Shown here: positions 59,659-64,000 of the stretch, piece after piece
Numbering within the stretch: the stretch's first letter is position 1
How the letters are laid out: each line of letters starts with the position of its first letter
NCBI GenBank assembly: GCA_016185615.1
Contig: JACPNE010000004.1
Location: 4,625 to 68,624, forward strand
Length of the DNA: 64,000 bases
Source: Candidatus Woesearchaeota archaeon
GTDB taxonomy: Archaea > Nanobdellota > Nanobdellia > SCGC-AAA011-G17 > JACPNG01
Direction: 5' to 3'
Notes under the pieces: model-generated
The model's input: only the letters and a program-made list of their open reading frames with translations
Databases searched by the model: none
What the model was told of the DNA's origin: nothing
Position numbers and translations under genes: made by a program

Positions 59659-60870
59659 ATGAAAATATACAATCTAAAAAGTGAAGCAGCTGCTTGGGAA
59701 GAAGTCCAGAGACTTAGAAGAGATTTTAATCCAGAATTATTAAAAGATATTAGAATAAATTCTGGGGAGGAAGCTGTTGAAAGAGCAACAGAAGTTATAC
59801 AAAGATTATTAACTGATTTAAAAGATTATAATCTTAATTTTCCACAAATATCTCCGGGTCATGGATCAGGACATTTAACACGTGATTTTGTTAATGCCGG
59901 AATTTTATTTAGAAATTTAGAGACCGACCCAAGAGATGCATTTGTGGGATTTGTTGGTGGTTCTTTACATGATATTGGTTGTGTAATCATCTCAAGATAT
60001 GAAGAGTCTACAAGAGCTGTTAGACATGCAGAAGCTGGTGCATTATTTACAAGACATTTATTGGAAAATCAAAAAGATTTGAGTGATTTAGAAAGAACAG
60101 CTATAGCTTATTCAATTGCAGCACATACACATTATAGGGGAGAATCAGAAGTGAAATGTGATGATGGTGAAACAAGAATAGTTAAGCCTTATATGGAATT
60201 AGATAAAAATGGAAAACCAGTATGGCCTGTATGGTTTACAAGATGGGTTGATAGACTTGATTGTAATGGTCCAGCTTATTTAGGCAGACATTATCTAACT
60301 CTTGCTGAAGAACATAAAGATTTTGATGGACTAACTCATTTTGATGTTAGGTTTGCTCACCATATGACACCGTTACTAAGACATTTCAAAGATCAAGTTG
60401 ATGATAAAGGAGTGAGAAATCAAACTATGAGTGAACATATGAAAATGTTTGCTGATTCTCAGACTAATGAATCTCCTTATGGAAAGCATGATTATGGATT
60501 TATGGTTCAGTTAAGAGATGGTTCCAAAGATATGTTAAATAGGATAGTTTATGCCACACAAGTTCCTACTATATTTAGTCCGGAAAGAGAAAGAGAAATT
60601 CGTGAAGTATGGAGAAAATTTTTATATGGGAATGTAGAACCTTCAATGTTAGGATCAGTAACATCGGGAACTCTTGATGGAATGTTTGGTGAATTAGAGG
60701 ATAAAACAAGACATGCTTGGTGCAGTGCATTCTTAACAACAATATATGAATATAGTAGATGGGCTGAAGAAAGACTAAAATATATTGAAAGACAAGATTC
60801 AAGATCATATTCATTTAAACCAATAACAGATGATGTAAGAGAAGTAATCAAACCAAGATATTGGGAATAA
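59659..60870 (+). CDS. HD-domain phosphohydrolase-like protein
   Basis: Carries GHGSGHL...(about 30)...GSLHDIG, i.e. H...HD spacing. Its amino-acid composition (W/R/H/D-rich) is atypical relative to neighbouring genes. Confidence 0.45.
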   Translation: MKIYNLKSEAAAWEEVQRLRRDFNPELLKDIRINSGEEAVERATEVIQRLLTDLKDYNLNFPQISPGHGSGHLTRDFVNAGILFRNLETDPRDAFVGFVGGSLHDIGCVIISRYEESTRAVRHAEAGALFTRHLLENQKDLSDLERTAIAYSIAAHTHYRGESEVKCDDGETRIVKPYMELDKNGKPVWPVWFTRWVDRLDCNGPAYLGRHYLTLAEEHKDFDGLTHFDVRFAHHMTPLLRHFKDQVDDKGVRNQTMSEHMKMFADSQTNESPYGKHDYGFMVQLRDGSKDMLNRIVYATQVPTIFSPEREREIREVWRKFLYGNVEPSMLGSVTSGTLDGMFGELEDKTRHAWCSAFLTTIYEYSRWAEERLKYIERQDSRSYSFKPITDDVREVIKPRYWE

Positions 60871-61418
60871 TTATTTTAAAGATGATAAAAGAGGTTATAT
60901 CTATAAAGAATTCTAGATTAATCAAGCCAATTTATTTAACTTGTAGAATCAACCGTAATGGTCCTACTTATGATATAAATCCTTTGAAGACAGACCCAAG
61001 AACAAAAGAACTTGGACTTGAATTAGAGGATTTAATGCCTTCTTATTTTGTAATAGTAAATCCAAAAGCCCATAGGGGGGGTATAAGTGGGCATTATCAT
61101 AATAAGAAAAAAGAAATTTATTCTTTGATAAACGGAAGGTTGATTTTTTTCGTTTCTGATCTGTCTGGAAACAGAGAAATAATAGATTTTGACACTAGAA
61201 TTCCTAATAATGTTAAAGAAGGGGGGAAAATTAAATTTCCTGTTATATACCTACCACCAAAAGTTGCTCATCTAGTATATAATCCACTAAATTATACACA
61301 AACATTATTGGTATTGTCAAGATACTCTGATGAAGAAGCTTTCAAAGGTGGTGATATAATAGAATTTGACGCTGTTGGCGGAGAACTTAAGAAAGTTGCT
61401 TCAGAAATAAGATTATAA
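60861..61418 (+). CDS. dTDP-4-keto-6-deoxyhexose 3,4-ketoisomerase-like cupin (FdtA/QdtA, WxcM C-terminal-like)
   Basis: Carries AHRGGISGHYHNKKKE resembling the RGxHAH(K) motif of FdtA-type isomerases. It lies between rmlB/rmlA and a DegT aminotransferase. Confidence 0.5.
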   Translation: MGIIILKMIKEVISIKNSRLIKPIYLTCRINRNGPTYDINPLKTDPRTKELGLELEDLMPSYFVIVNPKAHRGGISGHYHNKKKEIYSLINGRLIFFVSDLSGNREIIDFDTRIPNNVKEGGKIKFPVIYLPPKVAHLVYNPLNYTQTLLVLSRYSDEEAFKGGDIIEFDAVGGELKKVASEIRL

Positions 61419-62567
61419 TAATTTATTATATATTTTCTCTAAACTTTCAATCTGTTTAAGTATGTCATATTCTTTTTCAACATGATCTCTTCCATATTTT
61501 CCCATCTGTTTCCATAATTTAGGATTTTCTATTAAATAACTTAATCTATCAGCTAAAGCATCAACATCCCTTTCAGAGACTAAAAATCCAGATTTCTTAT
61601 CAATAACTTCTTCGGGAATATCACAATGCAATGTTGAAACTACTGGCATTCCAGTTGCTTGAGCATTTAATAATACAATTGGTGCTCCTCCTTCTATGTC
61701 TCCATTCTCTGCAGTAACGCTTGGGTGTACGAAGATATGGGCATTCAACAATTCTTCTACTAATCTATTCAGGGGAATAAGCCCGACTAATTCTATATTC
61801 CTAAGATTTAATGATTTTATTAATTCCTCAATTTTAAGCCTTAATTGCCCGTCTCCAATTAATCTTAGCTTAACATTATTATATTTCTTTTCTATTTTAG
61901 CAAATGCTCTAATCAGATATTCGATACCTTTCTTTTCCTCAAACCTTGCGACCATTAAGAGAATAATCTCCTTATCTGATTTTCTTTCCTTAAATGGAAA
62001 TTTATTTACATCAATTCCCAAATGATTAATTATTATTTTGTTTTCATCACAGCCAGCATTAATTAAAACTTTTTTTGCGTTGCTTCCTTCAACTAAGAAT
62101 AGGTCTCCTTCTTTGAAAAGTTTATTATAAATTCCGGGCTCTCTTTTAGGAGCTTGGATTAAGTCATACCCATAAAATGATGTTATTAAGGGAACTCCTA
62201 AAGCTTTTTTTAATTTTATAAATCCCATACCATTAGTTCCAAAATGGGCATGTAATAATTTAATATTATTCTCTTCCCTTAACTTTCTAAATTTTTTATT
62301 TACTAAAAATCTGTAACTAAAATCAGTTGTATATTTTAACGTGTTCATAAACTTTGTTTTTAATTCACTATCATAATATAATCTATTTCTGATAAAAAAA
62401 TATGGATACTGAATTATTTTATCCTTATCAAAAGGATAATTTTCTGCATTCTCAACCCTATTGGTTAGAACCAATCCATTAAAATCCTTGAGAAAAGCTA
62501 TTTGATAATATATCCAACTATTAGTTAAAGGCAAAAATGTATCTATTATATGTAATACTGATTTCAC
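61413..62567 (-). CDS. GT4 family glycosyltransferase
   Basis: C-terminal GDIEGGAPIVLLNAQATGMPVVST motif. Confidence 0.8.
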   Translation of the reverse strand: MKSVLHIIDTFLPLTNSWIYYQIAFLKDFNGLVLTNRVENAENYPFDKDKIIQYPYFFIRNRLYYDSELKTKFMNTLKYTTDFSYRFLVNKKFRKLREENNIKLLHAHFGTNGMGFIKLKKALGVPLITSFYGYDLIQAPKREPGIYNKLFKEGDLFLVEGSNAKKVLINAGCDENKIIINHLGIDVNKFPFKERKSDKEIILLMVARFEEKKGIEYLIRAFAKIEKKYNNVKLRLIGDGQLRLKIEELIKSLNLRNIELVGLIPLNRLVEELLNAHIFVHPSVTAENGDIEGGAPIVLLNAQATGMPVVSTLHCDIPEEVIDKKSGFLVSERDVDALADRLSYLIENPKLWKQMGKYGRDHVEKEYDILKQIESLEKIYNKLL

Positions 62568-62629
62568 TTTGAAAATGTATGAGTAATGTTTATAAAACTT
62601 ATCACATCAATAAAATAAAGGTAATAAAT

Positions 62630-63814
62630 ATGCCAAAGTCTAAGTATAAGTTAAGAGAGAAATTCCTAGTATTCGGCCAGCCAGACATTAGGGGGGAAGA
62701 AATAAATGAGGTTATAGCTACATTAAAATCAAAATGGATTGGTGCAGGTCCAAGAGTCAAGATTTTCGAGGAAGAATTTGCAAAATATGTTAATGCAAAA
62801 AAGGCAATAGCAGTTAATTCCTGTACAGCTGCATTGGACTTATGCTTAATTGCTTCTGGGATAAAGCCAGGAGACGAAATAATTACAACACCAATGACAT
62901 TCTCAGCTACAGCAAACGTAATCTGCCATATTGGAGCAAAGCCTGTCTTTGTTGATGTTGATTATGATACTATGAATATTTCTCCTAAGAATATTGAAAA
63001 AGCAATTACAAAAAAAACAAAAGCAATAATTCCAGTTCATATGGCTGGCTATCCTTGCGATATGGATAAAATTATGGAGATAGCTAAAAAACATAATTTG
63101 ATTATTATAGAAGATGCTGCTCATGCTGTCGGTTCAATCTATAAAGGAAAAAAGATAGGCTCTTTAGGACCATTAGCTTGTTTTAGTTTTTACCCTAACA
63201 AAAATATAACAACAATCGAGGGAGGGATTGTTACAACACAGGATGAAGAATTAGCTGAAAGAATAAGAATGTTATCAAATCATGGATTATCTCATGATTC
63301 ATGGAAAAGATTTTCTGATAAGTTAGTAGAAGGTTATGATACAATAGAACCAGGATTTAATTACAGGATGAGTGATGTACAAGCTGCAATAGGAATGCAC
63401 CATTTGAGAAGATATGAGAAAGAAAATCTTAAGAGAAGAGAAGAAATTGCTAAGAGATATGATGGAGCATTTAAGGATCTACCTTTAGAAACTCCAAAGA
63501 TGCCGACTGGAAACTCAAGAAGTTCAAGATATTTATATATTTTAAGATTAGACTTAAATAAATTAAATCTAGATAGAAGTAAGTTTAGACAAGAAATGTT
63601 CTCTAGAAATATAGGGACAGGAATACATTATACAGCTTTACATTTACATACACTCTATAAGGAAAAGTATGGATATAAAGAAGGAGACTTTCCAGTAGCA
63701 GAAGATATCTCTAAAAGAACTGTATCTATTCCATTATCCAGCGCATTGACAGAAGATGATGTGAATGATGTCATAAACGCAGTAATAGATGTATGCAATA
63801 AATTCAGAAAATAA
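62630..63814 (+). CDS. DegT/DnrJ/EryC1/StrS family PLP-dependent sugar aminotransferase
   Basis: The N-terminus carries GQPDIRGEEINEV. The Lys-containing region SFYPNKNITTIEGG is present. The start was trimmed to the internal ATG (MPKSKYK). Confidence 0.8.
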   Translation: MPKSKYKLREKFLVFGQPDIRGEEINEVIATLKSKWIGAGPRVKIFEEEFAKYVNAKKAIAVNSCTAALDLCLIASGIKPGDEIITTPMTFSATANVICHIGAKPVFVDVDYDTMNISPKNIEKAITKKTKAIIPVHMAGYPCDMDKIMEIAKKHNLIIIEDAAHAVGSIYKGKKIGSLGPLACFSFYPNKNITTIEGGIVTTQDEELAERIRMLSNHGLSHDSWKRFSDKLVEGYDTIEPGFNYRMSDVQAAIGMHHLRRYEKENLKRREEIAKRYDGAFKDLPLETPKMPTGNSRSSRYLYILRLDLNKLNLDRSKFRQEMFSRNIGTGIHYTALHLHTLYKEKYGYKEGDFPVAEDISKRTVSIPLSSALTEDDVNDVINAVIDVCNKFRK

Positions 63815-63830
63815 ATATCTTGAGTTTTGT

Positions 63831-64000
63831 ATGAAAATTAAAAAAAGAATTTTTAGAAAATATTTAAGAGAACTCCATACTGGAGATTATCTGACACTAT
63901 CCATTTGGGAGGTTATAAAATCAAAATTCTTTCTTGGAAATTTAATAGAGGGAAAATATATAACAAGATTTGAGAATGCCTTCAAAAATAAAATAGAAGC
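63831..64000 (+). CDS. partial ORF (N-terminal 56 aa), truncated by the window end
   Basis: Open frame from the ATG to the window edge. FENAFKNKIE is reminiscent of a DegT-family N-terminus but too short to call. Confidence 0.3.
   Translation, partial: MKIKKRIFRKYLRELHTGDYLTLSIWEVIKSKFFLGNLIEGKYITRFENAFKNKIE

Noticed and set aside
62579-62629. Upstream ATG extending the DegT aminotransferase by 17 codons (also the GTG at 48245 and TTG at 40943 for B12-rSAM paralogs)
   Set aside because: Extensions add non-conserved residues before the family-typical N-termini. The downstream ATGs have better spacing to purine-rich or SD-like sequences and leave sensible divergent intergenic regions.

Overview
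AT-rich, archaeal-looking chromosome segment. This rests on SD-type ribosome-binding sites (GGAGGTG) before several genes, an intron-containing tRNA, SecD/SecF, a Dph6-like diphthine-ammonia ligase and a Trm112-like zinc ribbon. Positions 1-29 kb carry mostly housekeeping genes on both strands: tRNA-Gly, secF/secD, galE, a short ugd-like dehydrogenase, apt, an AI-2E transporter, a split hldE (ADP-heptose), a RimK pair, and a 2-oxoacid dehydrogenase set (glutaredoxin-like - E1alpha - small TM ORF - E1beta, with E2 and LplA nearby), plus MTA phosphorylase. Interspersed are very large Asn/Ser/Thr-rich, sequon-dense surface (S-layer-like) proteins and a beta-helix protein. From about 30 kb to the window end, and continuing beyond it, lies a dense glycan assembly and tailoring island. 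It holds five paralogous B12-binding radical SAM enzymes and two paralogous radical SAM/SPASM enzymes, one of them fused to a GT2 glycosyltransferase through a membrane segment. It also holds three class-I SAM methyltransferases, a NodU/CmcH carbamoyltransferase, a CDP-alcohol phosphatidyltransferase, GT2/GT4/GT9/GT-C glycosyltransferases, a Wzx-type flippase, a Dol-P-sugar synthase-like GT2, and a dTDP-3-amino-3,6-dideoxyhexose pathway (RmlB, an extended RmlA fusion, FdtA-like isomerase, DegT aminotransferase). No CRISPR array, integrase or transposase was seen. All functional calls come from motifs recognised by eye in the translated ORFs; nothing was searched against a database.
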